From: Candidatus Saccharimonadia bacterium
GTDB lineage: Bacteria > Patescibacteriota > SICC01
Direction: 5' to 3'
DNA: 64,000 nt
Assembly: GCA_025449535.1 (NCBI GenBank)
Contig: JANWJF010000001.1
Location: forward strand, 138,847-202,846
A model generated the notes under the pieces. It was given only the letters and a program-made list of their open reading frames with translations, was not told the DNA's origin and made no database searches. The translations under genes were made by a program, and so were the position numbers. This document shows positions 29,584 through 38,886 of the stretch, one piece after another. Positions within the stretch are counted from its first letter, which is position 1. Each line of letters begins with the position of its first letter.

Positions 29584-30672
29584 CGTTTCAGGCGCAGTTC
29601 CGCTTCCACGAAGTCGTCCAGATCGCCGTCCAGCACGGCGTCCGGGTCCTTGCGTTCGATGCCGGTCCGGAGGTCCTTCACCTGCTTGTACGGGTGCAGG
29701 ACGTACGAACGGATCTGGTTGCCCCACGCGGCGGTATCCCCTTTCTCGAGTTTCCGGAGGTCCGCCTTCTGCCGGGTCTCCGCCAGGGCGAGCAGCTTGC
29801 CATAGAGGATCTTCTTCGCGATCACCTTGTTCTGCATCTGGGATCGCTCGTTTTGCGATTGGGCGGTCAAGCCCGTCGGTACATGCGTCACCCGGACCGC
29901 GGAATCCGTCTTATTGACATGCTGTCCGCCGGCCCCTGACGCCCGGTACGTATCTATCCGCAGGTCCTTGTCGTCGAGTTCCACGTCCGTCTCCGGGAGG
30001 TCCGGTAGGACCTCGACCCGCGCGAACGAGGTCTGGCGCAAGCTTTTTGCGTTGAACGGGGATTGGCGCACCAACCGGTGCACCCCGGATTCGCCCCGAA
30101 GGTAACCGTAGGCGTACGGGCCGTCGACCCGGATCGTCACGCTCTTGATGCCGGCTTCCTCGCCCGTCGAACGTTCTTCGATCTCTGTGTGCCAGCCGCG
30201 CTGCTCGGCATACCGCAGGAACATCCGCTCCAGCTTCTCCGCCCAATCCTGGGCATCCGTGCCGCCGACGCCGGCCTGGATCGTGAGGTGGGCCGATTTC
30301 GGATCGTGTTCGCCGGCAAGCAGCGCTTTCGACTCGTGTTCGGTAAACGTTTCCTCGGCCTGCTCGAGACTGTCCGTGAGCTCTTGCTGGATGGATTCGT
30401 CCTGCTCCGCGAGCTGGAACAGCTCCGACAGGTCCTGGAGCTCGTGCTCGAAACGCTGCCAGAAAGCCACTTCTTCTTCCAAGGCGTTCAGGCGCTGCAT
30501 TACCGCGCGCGCCTCTTCCTGGTCCTTCCAGATGTCTTCCCGTTCGGACTGCTTCCTTAGGGTCGCAAGCTCGGCTTCTTTCTCCTCGAGGTCAAAGAAA
30601 CTCCTTCACCTGCGCGAAGCGCTTCGCCAGGCCGTCGATTCGTCCCTGTGACTCGTGCCAGTTTTCCACCAT
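29580..30672 (-). CDS. prfB: peptide chain release factor 2, with programmed +1 frameshift near 30592-30597
   Basis: frame 0 MVENWHESQGRIDGLAKRFAQVKEFL then in-frame TGA within AGGAG-TTT-CTT-TGA-C; +1 frame continues DLEEKEAELATL... into the track ORF carrying SGAGGQHVNKTDSAVR. Confidence 0.9.
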
Positions 30673-30730
30673 GGCCGCATTATACGCCAGCGGCACGCGC
30701 CTTTCGCGATGCGGATCGCGTCCCCATTTG

Positions 30731-30758
30731 AAAAAGGCCCCCTTTCGGGGACCTTTTT
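30731..30758 (-). terminator. intrinsic-terminator-like hairpin flanked by A/T runs
   Basis: aaaaaGGCCCCCtttcGGGGaCCttttt immediately downstream of the LPXTG-protein gene stop. Confidence 0.4.
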
Positions 30759-30781
30759 CGTTTACCGGCAAGCGGGTGGCC

Positions 30782-32503
30782 TTAGCCCTCTACCGATTGG
30801 CGACGGACCGCCTTCTTGAGCGCGTTCCGTTCCCGACGATACAGGTAGGTGCTGCCCGCGACGGCGGCCAGCGCCAGCGCCGCGGCGGCCGGAGTACCGG
30901 TCATCGGCAGCGCGCCCTTCACTTGGGCCTGCGGCGGGATCGGCTTCGGCGGAACCTTCTTCTGGATCCGCTGGTTACCGAACTTCAGCACGGCGGTACC
31001 GTTTTCCACCACTTCGGTCTGTTGGACCGTCTGGGTGGTCGGGTTGAATCCGCCCGGGACCTGTTCCTCGGCACGGTACGTGCCGGGTTGGAGGTCGCTC
31101 ATCAGGATCTCGCCGTTGCCGTCGGTCGAGTGCTGCGTGGCAGCTCCTGCGCCGTCCTGGTCGTCATCGGCGGATGCCGTGGCGATCGGGCTCGGTTCCG
31201 GGCTGTCGCTCGACTCCGGCGCCGGGGTGTCTTCGGTGAATTCCACGCCGACCGGGCCGACGAAGAACGTCACGTTACCCAGTCGCGGCTCGCCCGGATC
31301 TTCCGTACCGTTCCCGTTCAAGTCCTCGAACTTGACGATGAGGAGCTGGCCCTTCTTCGGCTTTACCGGAGGGGTGGGCGTTGGGGTCGGCGTCGGAGTC
31401 GGGGTCAGGGTCGGAGTCGGGGTGGGCGTAGGGGTCGGACTGGGGGTGGGCAGGCACGACTCGACCGTATCCCATAGCGGGTGGGTCTGGTCCGAGTCGA
31501 TGGAAGCCACGTTCTTCAGACACCCGACGCTGGCCGGCGTGTCGTCCTTGACCTTCACCTTGATCAGGATGTAGCCGACGCCGTTCGGCGCGACGTTCCC
31601 GAACTTGAGGCCGCCGTTGACGACGTTGTCATCGCACGGCTTCGGAGCCGTGTCCGCGCCAAGCAGCATCTTACAGCTGCCGGCGACGTACTGGGCTACC
31701 GGGGGCAGTGAGTCTCGCACCACCGCGTTCGTCATCGGGGCCTTGCCCTCGTTGGCGAAACGGATTTGGTACTCAAGCTCCTGTCCGGCGACGACCTGGT
31801 TCTTCTCGACCCAGGTGGTCTCCCCTACCTTCCGGACCTGCTTGTTGATCCGGGCGTGGGGTGCCTGGTTGACGTCGGCCATGAAGATGATCCGCTTGGC
31901 ATCCTGGAAGGAGGCTGGCAGTTCACCGTTCTGGGTCGGCTGGACGGTGAACACGAACGCGTCCGCCGTGTGGGCCGTGGTAATCCGACTGTCCGGGATG
32001 TTCACGAGCGGCCCCCAGTTGAAGTTGGGCTGGTTCGTGGGGTTCACCTTGTTGTCCTGGTATTGGACGTTCCGGACGTTGTTAATGTTGAACACGTTGC
32101 CGTTGGCCGAGACCAACGTCGTTGGATCGGTGGTCTTGTACGGGGCCCGGGACACGCCGTTGGCGGCGGTCACTTTGGCCGTGGCGGTCACGCTGGTGGC
32201 CGCTTTCTTAGGAATGGTGAACGTGATTTTGAAGTTCCGGGCCTTGTCTCCGGTCCGGTAGTCCTCGGTGTTATGCACCAGGGCCGCGAACTGGACCACG
32301 TTACCGTGCTGCACGTTGGTCGTGCCAGCGAAGTCGGTCGGGCTGCCGGGGCCGGTCACCAGACGCGAGCCATAGGCTACGTCCAGGGCCACGCCCGCTC
32401 CCGAGACCGCTTGGATCAGCGGCGTCAGCAGCAGCGCTGCGAGCATGAACGCGCCCGCGAAGAGTCGTTTCCTGCGCATGCGCAGGTTGAAAAGGTTCTG
32501 CAT
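30782..32503 (-). CDS. LPXTG-type cell-wall-anchored surface protein (PT-repeat linker, Cna-B/SpaA-like domain)
   Basis: signal peptide; PTPSPTPTPTPTPTLTPTPTPTPTPTPP linker; C-terminal LPMTG + hydrophobic stretch + basic tail. Confidence 0.8.
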   Translation of the reverse strand: MQNLFNLRMRRKRLFAGAFMLAALLLTPLIQAVSGAGVALDVAYGSRLVTGPGSPTDFAGTTNVQHGNVVQFAALVHNTEDYRTGDKARNFKITFTIPKKAATSVTATAKVTAANGVSRAPYKTTDPTTLVSANGNVFNINNVRNVQYQDNKVNPTNQPNFNWGPLVNIPDSRITTAHTADAFVFTVQPTQNGELPASFQDAKRIIFMADVNQAPHARINKQVRKVGETTWVEKNQVVAGQELEYQIRFANEGKAPMTNAVVRDSLPPVAQYVAGSCKMLLGADTAPKPCDDNVVNGGLKFGNVAPNGVGYILIKVKVKDDTPASVGCLKNVASIDSDQTHPLWDTVESCLPTPSPTPTPTPTPTLTPTPTPTPTPTPPVKPKKGQLLIVKFEDLNGNGTEDPGEPRLGNVTFFVGPVGVEFTEDTPAPESSDSPEPSPIATASADDDQDGAGAATQHSTDGNGEILMSDLQPGTYRAEEQVPGGFNPTTQTVQQTEVVENGTAVLKFGNQRIQKKVPPKPIPPQAQVKGALPMTGTPAAAALALAAVAGSTYLYRRERNALKKAVRRQSVEG

Positions 32504-32772
32504 AAGCTTCTCCTCTTAATTATTCGATTGATTGATACATCTAATGGTGAAAATCCGTCGTATCGTGTTGTTAAGCTTCGCAACCCGACCAATCAACCAG
32601 CATCAAGGGATGGGGCGGAGAGGAAGAACTGCTGTCGAGTGCGTGTGCACAAGGCATCTTCCTCTCCGCGTGACCATCATTCCCATTCCCTATTCCCTAC
32701 CGATCGACTCGTTGCCCGGAGGCGCGGAAGTGTATCGGGGGAGTACGGCAGCGACCTTCGGAGGAAGGGTTC

Positions 32773-33801
32773 TTAGAACCCGCCTGAGTCGCCTTCTCCT
32801 ACGTCACCGCTTTCGGTGGGCGGTTGTGAGGGAGGTGCCGCTTCGCCGCAGCCGCCGGTGCATGAGCCTGCCGGTGGTACTGCGCCTTCAGTGCCGCCTC
32901 CGCCGGTTCCCGGCTCGGGGGTGGCTTCGCCGGCAGGTGGGGGGTTGCCTCCTCCGCCCTCGATCTGGCGATGCGTGTTGCCGTGTTCGGAACCTTCCTG
33001 TTCCGGATGCGGGTCATCCTTGCCGATGTCGTCGTCGGTGACGACCGGATGGCGTTCTTCGGTTGGCGGGCCTTCGCGAGGCGGACCTTCGGACGGCGGG
33101 CCTTCGCGAGGCGGACCTTCGGACGGCGGTGAACCGACCGGGACCAGAACGGTGTTGGGATTTCCGCAACCGCCGCGAGTACTTGCCTCCTCCTTGACTT
33201 TCCGCTTGGTCTGTTCCTGCCCGTTCGGCATGGTGACTTTCCGCTCGCTCACGAACATGAACGAGATGTCGCCGGCGTCGACCTTGCGGCCTTCGTCGGT
33301 AAACGTCACCTGCCCGTTGGGCGCGGTATAGGAGGTGCCGAGCTGTTCCGCCGGGACCTTCATCTGGACCCGGACGAACCCTTCGCCGCGTTTGATGCGG
33401 TTCAGGTCGTGCTTGGAAACGTGTTCACCTACTGCGGCGAGATACGCCTGGGCGTCTTTCTCGCCGGACTGCAGCCAGGTCCGCAGCTCACCGACGGAGC
33501 GGATCGCTTCGTCGCTGACCGCGTTGCTGCCGGCCGTGAGGTTGGGCTTGATGCAGAGTCGGAAGCAATACTCCTTCCGCTGCCAACCCTGTTTCTTGAG
33601 CCAGGTCTGGGTGACCTTGCGCTCGGCCTTGCTGCTCCCGTCGTGGCCCTTGGGCACATCGGCGAGGCTCGTGGTTGCTTGGGTCTGTTCTGCCTTGGTG
33701 TCGTCGTCGGAGCCGCCTGCCTGCGTGAATGCCAGGACGGCGAGTGCCGCGACGGCAGCCAAGGCCAGAAGCGCCAAAAGGCGGTTCCGGTTGCGTGCCA
33801 T
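32773..33801 (-). CDS. secreted low-complexity protein with PPSEGPPREG repeats
   Basis: signal peptide (MARNRNRLLALLALAAVAALAVLAF); Gly/Pro/Glu-rich C-terminus. Confidence 0.6.
   Translation of the reverse strand: MARNRNRLLALLALAAVAALAVLAFTQAGGSDDDTKAEQTQATTSLADVPKGHDGSSKAERKVTQTWLKKQGWQRKEYCFRLCIKPNLTAGSNAVSDEAIRSVGELRTWLQSGEKDAQAYLAAVGEHVSKHDLNRIKRGEGFVRVQMKVPAEQLGTSYTAPNGQVTFTDEGRKVDAGDISFMFVSERKVTMPNGQEQTKRKVKEEASTRGGCGNPNTVLVPVGSPPSEGPPREGPPSEGPPREGPPTEERHPVVTDDDIGKDDPHPEQEGSEHGNTHRQIEGGGGNPPPAGEATPEPGTGGGGTEGAVPPAGSCTGGCGEAAPPSQPPTESGDVGEGDSGGF
33065..33124. repeat. perfect 2 x 30-bp tandem direct repeat inside the CDS
   Basis: ggcgggccttcgcgaggcggaccttcggac twice, encoding the PPSEGPPREG duplication. 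Confidence 0.8.
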
Positions 33802-33894
33802 CTTGATCGTCTCCTTAGTCGCTCCCTACGGGACTATCCCGTGCGGGACCTCGGCCGTGAACTCTTCACGGACGCGATCCCGCACTGGATAAAT

Positions 33895-33940
33895 AAAAAA
33901 CCAACCGTGCACACGAGTGCGTTTTTGGTTGGTTTGTTTT
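33895..33940 (-). terminator. terminator-like hairpin (CCAACC...GGTTGG) with A/T runs on both sides
   Basis: located in the 450-nt gap downstream of the 34250..34702 gene. Confidence 0.4.
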
Positions 33941-34249
33941 ATGCGATCGGAGTCACCGGGTTACCGGGATGGGTAATGATGGTTGATTGACCGGGTTGTT
34001 AACGTACCGCTTCGAATCTCTCCAAAGCCTGCCACCATATAGCACAATCTTCGCTTTGTCAAGCGTTTTTTGCCACTTCTTGCCTGCTCCGGGATGGGCA
34101 GGCAAGGGTTCATACTACCAAGCGTGCGTGCGTGCACAACAGCCAACGTCCCAAATGCGAACCGGGCCGCCATGAGAGTGATCTCAATAGCGGCCCGGCG
34201 TGGGCGTTCCTTGGATTTAACGTGAGCGGATGCCCGTGGCTCACGGCCG

Positions 34250-34702
34250 TCAACAGCCTCGCGATCCCCTGCGGGTGAACGTTCGGATGATGTCCCCATA
34301 GAGGACCTGCACGTACACGGCGCGGAAGAATCCGCAGCGATACTGACTGGTCCGGACGACCCGCACGAAGCGGCGGGCGGGGGTCCATGCGGTCCAGCGT
34401 GACGTCCGGAACGCTTCCTGCGTCCCTGCCCGGCGGTCGAAGACCGCAATCCGGGCCTGCCTGGTCCCGCATTCGCGCTCCACGAAGCCGAGTACCCCGA
34501 TGATCCGGAAGCGCGTCAGCGAACCGGGCGGTTCGGAGCGGAAGCCGCTGCCGAGCACGTTGAACGCCTGACGTTCGCACTCGGGCGAGGTCGGCACTGG
34601 TTCCGGAAAGGGCTCGGAAGCCGATCGGTGGGCGGAAGCCGTCGCGGCCAAGGCCAGGACGGAGACTGCGGTGATGAGCATCGTGATCCCAATCCGGCGC
34701 AT
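34250..34702 (-). CDS. small secreted hypothetical protein
   Basis: ORF track; signal peptide (MRRIGITMLITAVSVLALAATASA). Confidence 0.4.
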   Translation of the reverse strand: MRRIGITMLITAVSVLALAATASAHRSASEPFPEPVPTSPECERQAFNVLGSGFRSEPPGSLTRFRIIGVLGFVERECGTRQARIAVFDRRAGTQEAFRTSRWTAWTPARRFVRVVRTSQYRCGFFRAVYVQVLYGDIIRTFTRRGSRGC

Positions 34703-34910
34703 GGCGCGCCTCCCTTCGGGTCGTGTAACGGGTTGAAAAGGTCTGGAAACGTTGACGGTCTACAACCGTAACGCAGTCGGGCGGTGATAAAAAGGGTACT
34801 TTGCCGCAAACCGGCTTTCCAACGGTGGTGGGGTGCGGAGACGAACGATGTGTCAGCCAGAGGCTATCGTCGTCCGTCTCCGCGTATCCACCACTATCTG
34901 CTCAATCTCC

Positions 34911-35519
34911 TCAGAAAGGCGAGGGGTCGGGTTCTTGCAGTTGTTCTCGGAATGCCGGATCCCGCAGAGTCGAGTTGAGCCGTGCGACTGCACCGTGGTT
35001 CGAGCAGCCGGGGTATTCGAGAACCGGCTCGGAAGCCGAAGGCTGCGTCGGCACTGATTCGATCATGTCCAGCATGCGGTCGAAGATCTTCCGCAATTCG
35101 CGGCACGGATGCTCGTCGACTCCCCGGATGGTGATCGGGTAGTAGCACGAGGTCCGCACGTCGACGCACTGCCTCAGCTTAACCCGCAGGCGCGGGTCGG
35201 TCGCTCCTTCCATGAGGAAGTCGTTGACTTCCGGAAGGATCGCGAACATCGGTACGCGGATCCGGCTGCAAAACGGGTCGAACGTGTCGTCCCGGAACGT
35301 GAAGCAGCGGGACTTCTGACGGGGCGTCAGGTCCGAGTAGTCGATGCAATCGGGGCCGAAGCCCTCGCAGTTTCCCGTGATGATGGTCCCCGATTTGTAT
35401 TCGGAAAGCACCTGGGGAGTCGGGTACTTCTTCTCGTCTTTCTCCAGGACGACAGAGGCCCCCAAGGCCGCGATGAGGAGCAAAGCGAGTACTACTAGGG
35501 TCTTGTCCATTCGGGACAT
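34911..35519 (-). CDS. secreted/membrane-anchored Cys-rich hypothetical protein
   Basis: ORF track; N-terminal hydrophobic segment; ten Cys. Confidence 0.55.
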   Translation of the reverse strand: MSRMDKTLVVLALLLIAALGASVVLEKDEKKYPTPQVLSEYKSGTIITGNCEGFGPDCIDYSDLTPRQKSRCFTFRDDTFDPFCSRIRVPMFAILPEVNDFLMEGATDPRLRVKLRQCVDVRTSCYYPITIRGVDEHPCRELRKIFDRMLDMIESVPTQPSASEPVLEYPGCSNHGAVARLNSTLRDPAFREQLQEPDPSPF

Positions 35520-35620
35520 GCCATTCCCTTCGTTCGGATTTCAGAAACGGACCGCGGTACCGCGGACAGATAGTGGTGGTTGGAAAACCGGGTTGTCAAA
35601 GAGCTCGCCATCATAACACG

Positions 35621-35645
35621 AAAAACCCCTTGAAAAGGGGTTTTT
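35621..35645 (-). terminator. intrinsic terminator downstream of rplL (bidirectional hairpin)
   Basis: aaaaACCCCTTgaaaAGGGGTtttt about 20 nt after rplL stop. Confidence 0.5.
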
Positions 35646-35665
35646 CGCTTAGTAACGGCTATACG

Positions 35666-36181
35666 TTATTTCAGTTCGACGGTCGCGCCGGCGGCTTCGA
35701 GCTTCTTCTTGGCCTCTTCGGCGTCGTCCTTCGGCACGTCGGCCTTGACGTCCTTCGGGGCGCTTTCGACCAGCTCCTTGGCCTCGCCGAGGCCCAGGTC
35801 GGTCACCTCACGGACGGCCTTGATCACGTCGATCTTCTTGTCGCCCGTGGAAACCAGGTGGATCGTGTACGCGGACTTCTCGTCATCCCCGCCGCCGTCA
35901 CCACCGTCGCCGGCGGCCGGAGCGGCTCCCGCCACGGCGACCGGAGCCGCCGAGACGCCGAACTTGTCCTCGATCGCGGAGACCAGGTCGGCCACTTCCA
36001 ACACGGTCATCTTCTCGACTTGCTCGACGATCGCGTTGACCTCCTTGGAGTATTCCTTAGACGGCTTGTCGTCGGCCTTTGCTTCGGGTTTGTCGCCCTC
36101 GGCCGGCTTGTTATCGTCCTTCTTCTCTTCCGCAGCGTCTCCCTGCTGCTGATCGTCCTTCTTGGCATCTTCGTCCGCCAT
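35666..36181 (-). CDS. rplL: 50S ribosomal protein L7/L12 with ~45-aa acidic/Lys-rich N-terminal extension
   Basis: canonical L7/L12 core ([22 protein letters not shown]...[13 protein letters not shown]); GGAGG Shine-Dalgarno ~6 nt upstream of the extended ATG. Confidence 0.9.
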   Translation of the reverse strand: MADEDAKKDDQQQGDAAEEKKDDNKPAEGDKPEAKADDKPSKEYSKEVNAIVEQVEKMTVLEVADLVSAIEDKFGVSAAPVAVAGAAPAAGDGGDGGGDDEKSAYTIHLVSTGDKKIDVIKAVREVTDLGLGEAKELVESAPKDVKADVPKDDAEEAKKKLEAAGATVELK

Positions 36182-36250
36182 GTGAACCTCCGTGGTTAGT
36201 TCGTTAGTAATTCCTCACGCGGCCCCACCAGAGGCCTCCTGAGCAAGTAC

Positions 36251-36766
36251 TTACGCCTTCTGCTCCTTTACCGCGGTCAGCGCGTATACCAGGTTGCGGG
36301 ATACGCCGGACAGGCCGCTCGCCAGGTTCCGGACCGGCGCGCTGATGCTGCCCATGAGCTTGGCCAGGAGTTCGTCGCGGCTCGGCAGGCTGGCCAGCTT
36401 GTCGATCACGCTGACTTCCACCGCTTCCCCGTCCACGAACCCGCCGGTGACCTCGAGCGCCTCGTGGTCCTTGGCGAACGTGTGCACGGCCTTGGCGACC
36501 GCCACCGGGTCCTCGAACCCGAACGCCACCGCCACCGGTCCGGTCGGTCGTTCCAGCTTCAGTCCGGCATCCTTCGCAGCCAGGGTGAACAACGTGTTCT
36601 TGACGACCTCGAACCGCATGCCGTTCTCCCGCAGGTTGCCCTGCAGTTCCTGTTGTTCACGCACGCCCAGGCCTTGGTAGTCGGCGAAGACGACCGCCTT
36701 CGCGTCCTTCAGCGCCTCGGTGAGGGCCTTGAGTACGACTTCCTTCTGATCGCGTGTCTTGGGCAT
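36251..36766 (-). CDS. rplJ: 50S ribosomal protein L10
   Basis: L10 signature (VVFADYQGLGVREQQELQGNLRENG). Confidence 0.9.
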   Translation of the reverse strand: MPKTRDQKEVVLKALTEALKDAKAVVFADYQGLGVREQQELQGNLRENGMRFEVVKNTLFTLAAKDAGLKLERPTGPVAVAFGFEDPVAVAKAVHTFAKDHEALEVTGGFVDGEAVEVSVIDKLASLPSRDELLAKLMGSISAPVRNLASGLSGVSRNLVYALTAVKEQKA

Positions 36767-36979
36767 ATAAAAATCCTTCGGTCGTCACCGAAGGTATACG
36801 TGAACACGAAGTGTCTCAGTATCTCCTGCGCAGCGGATTAAAGCGGTGCAAGCCTCCGGCTCGACTGACGCTGGCTGCGGTCTTCGGCGACAGATTTAAG
36901 TCTACGGAGCAAGTGGCAGTGTGGTCAAGTCCTAATTAATGGACGTACCGAGAATATGGTCCCGCGCCTGATTATCGAC

Positions 36980-37327
36980 CTAACCCTTCTGGCTGAATGG
37001 TTCAGCCCGCAGAACTTCAAGTCCGCGATGCTCGATTAACATCCCCGCCACGATGTGGCGCGACATGCTGTCACCCGCCAGAATGCGAACCTCGTACGTT
37101 CCATCTGGCTCTTGGACGGGTATTCCATCCGGAGCCACAAATACCGCACCCACAGTTTGTACCAGTTGGTCTGCGTGCCGCATCGCTTGAGGGGTATTTC
37201 GAATCGGCTCTGGCGATCGTACATAGAACGAGTAGCCGAGTAAATCATCCGGCAAAGATTTAATTTGGTCCAAGGTTAGGGGCGATCCTGGTTCACGTTC
37301 TTGGTCTTCACCATCAACTGAATGCAT
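36980..37327 (-). CDS. hypothetical protein
   Basis: ORF track only; sits in a locally lower-GC stretch between folA and rplJ. Confidence 0.35.
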   Translation of the reverse strand: MHSVDGEDQEREPGSPLTLDQIKSLPDDLLGYSFYVRSPEPIRNTPQAMRHADQLVQTVGAVFVAPDGIPVQEPDGTYEVRILAGDSMSRHIVAGMLIEHRGLEVLRAEPFSQKG

Positions 37328-37397
37328 ATTTACTCTCCGAGATTAGTAACCTGATAAATTAGCCTCAACTGAAAGCAAAGTCAAAAAAATATATTCT

Positions 37398-37901
37398 CTA
37401 CGATCGCTCGTAATCCACGAATCGGACGGTTTTACCGTCAGCGTCGAGCGTTTCCGAGCGAACCTCATGGAAACTCTCCGCAAACGTAGGAAAGAAGGTG
37501 TCGGCCTCGAATTTGCCGGACACGTGAGTGAGATATATTCGTTCGGTCTGCGGCAGCGCCAAGGCGTAAATTTCCGCACCACCGATTATGAATATTTCGT
37601 CGGCACCGGGCGCATCGGCGGCTGCGACGATGGCACCGTCCAGCGAATGCGTCACGACGCACCCCTCCGCCGTAAACTTCGAATCGCGCGTTATCACGAT
37701 GTTCGTCCGCTCCGGCAGCGGCCTCCCGATCGATTCCCAGGTCTTCCGGCCCATCACGATCGGGTGACCCGTCGTCAACGCCTTGAAGCGCTTGAGGTCG
37801 GCCGGGATATGCCAAGGGATCGCGCCGTCCTTGCCGATGCCGCGGTCATCGTCCATGGCCACGATCAAGCTGATCCTCGGATTGTTTGGCTGCCCGATCA
37901 C
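37398..37901 (-). CDS. folA: dihydrofolate reductase
   Basis: ISLIVAMDDDRGIGKDGAIPWHIPADLKRFKALT, MGRKTWESIG. Confidence 0.9.
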   Translation of the reverse strand: MIGQPNNPRISLIVAMDDDRGIGKDGAIPWHIPADLKRFKALTTGHPIVMGRKTWESIGRPLPERTNIVITRDSKFTAEGCVVTHSLDGAIVAAADAPGADEIFIIGGAEIYALALPQTERIYLTHVSGKFEADTFFPTFAESFHEVRSETLDADGKTVRFVDYERS

Positions 37902-38884
37902 CGTTTCATGAAGGCGCGGCGGTCCTTCTCTTGGAAACCGCCGGCGACGGTCAGTTCGCCCTTGATCATCGGATGCGGGTCGTATCCCTCGATGGTGAAG
38001 TGTTCGGCTTTGACGTCATCGAGTTCCTTCAGCTTCGGGTCTATCTTGAGCTGCGGGAATGCCCGGGGCTTCCGGGATAGCTGTTCCTTCACTTGGCCTA
38101 CGTGGTTCAGGTAGATGTGCGCATCCCCGAACGTATGCACGAACTCCCCCGGCTGCAGCCCGGCCAAGTGGGCCATTACCTGCGTGAGCATCGCGTAACT
38201 GGCGATATTGAACGGCACCCCCAGGAACATGTCCGCGCTCCGCTGGTAGAGCTGGCAGGAAAGCTTGCCGTCGATGACCTGGAAGTGGAAGAAAATGTGG
38301 CACAGTGGGAAACTGAGCGCCTCGCCGGGCAGCGCCATCGAGTACAGGTGTTCCGGGTTCCAGACGGTGACTACGGAATGCTTGCGCTGCGGGTAGTTCC
38401 GGATGTTATCGAGCGCCCAGGCGATCTGGTCGATCGAACCGCCCTTCGTTCGCGGCCAGCTACGCCATTGGGAACCGTAGATGTGCGGCAACTCACCGAA
38501 TCGCTTGGCGAACTTCGCGTCGTCCGCGATCCGCTGTATGAATTCTTCCTTGCTGAGTTTCGGCACCTTCCCCGCTTCGGCAAGCTTCACATAGTCCTTA
38601 TAGGGATAGTCGTCCCAAATGTGGACGTTGTTATCGACCAGGTACTTGATGTTGGACTGGCCCGTCAGGAACCAGACCAACTCGTGAAGCACGCCGTTCC
38701 AGTAGACCTTCTTGGTGGTCAACAAGGGGAAGCCCTGGCCGAGGTCGAACCGAATCTGCCGGCCGAATACGCTCGTCAACCCGTTGCCGGTATTGTGATC
38801 CTTCTTTTCGGACCCGTTCTCCAGGATGTCCTGCAGCAGGTCGAGGTACTGGTACTCGGTATGACGGAGGTTTTCTTTCGGCAT
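37898..38884 (-). CDS. thyA: thymidylate synthase (ThyA type)
   Basis: active-site region FPLCHIFFHFQV...LSCQLYQRSADMFLGVPFNIASYA; 328 aa, longer than the typical ~264 aa form. Confidence 0.9.
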   Translation of the reverse strand: MPKENLRHTEYQYLDLLQDILENGSEKKDHNTGNGLTSVFGRQIRFDLGQGFPLLTTKKVYWNGVLHELVWFLTGQSNIKYLVDNNVHIWDDYPYKDYVKLAEAGKVPKLSKEEFIQRIADDAKFAKRFGELPHIYGSQWRSWPRTKGGSIDQIAWALDNIRNYPQRKHSVVTVWNPEHLYSMALPGEALSFPLCHIFFHFQVIDGKLSCQLYQRSADMFLGVPFNIASYAMLTQVMAHLAGLQPGEFVHTFGDAHIYLNHVGQVKEQLSRKPRAFPQLKIDPKLKELDDVKAEHFTIEGYDPHPMIKGELTVAGGFQEKDRRAFMKR

Positions 38885-38886
38885 GA

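Noticed and set aside
31320-31450. Short-period repetitive DNA (ggggtcgg/ggagtcgg units)
   Set aside because: It is the coding sequence of the PT-repeat linker of the LPXTG protein, with irregular unit lengths and no spacer structure; not a CRISPR array.
36767-36979. rplJ 5' leader (L10 autoregulatory element) as a called feature
   Set aside because: Position is right and a TTGACC-17-TAGACT promoter-like sequence is present on the minus strand, but I cannot verify the leader structure by eye and a small ORF is predicted in the same interval.
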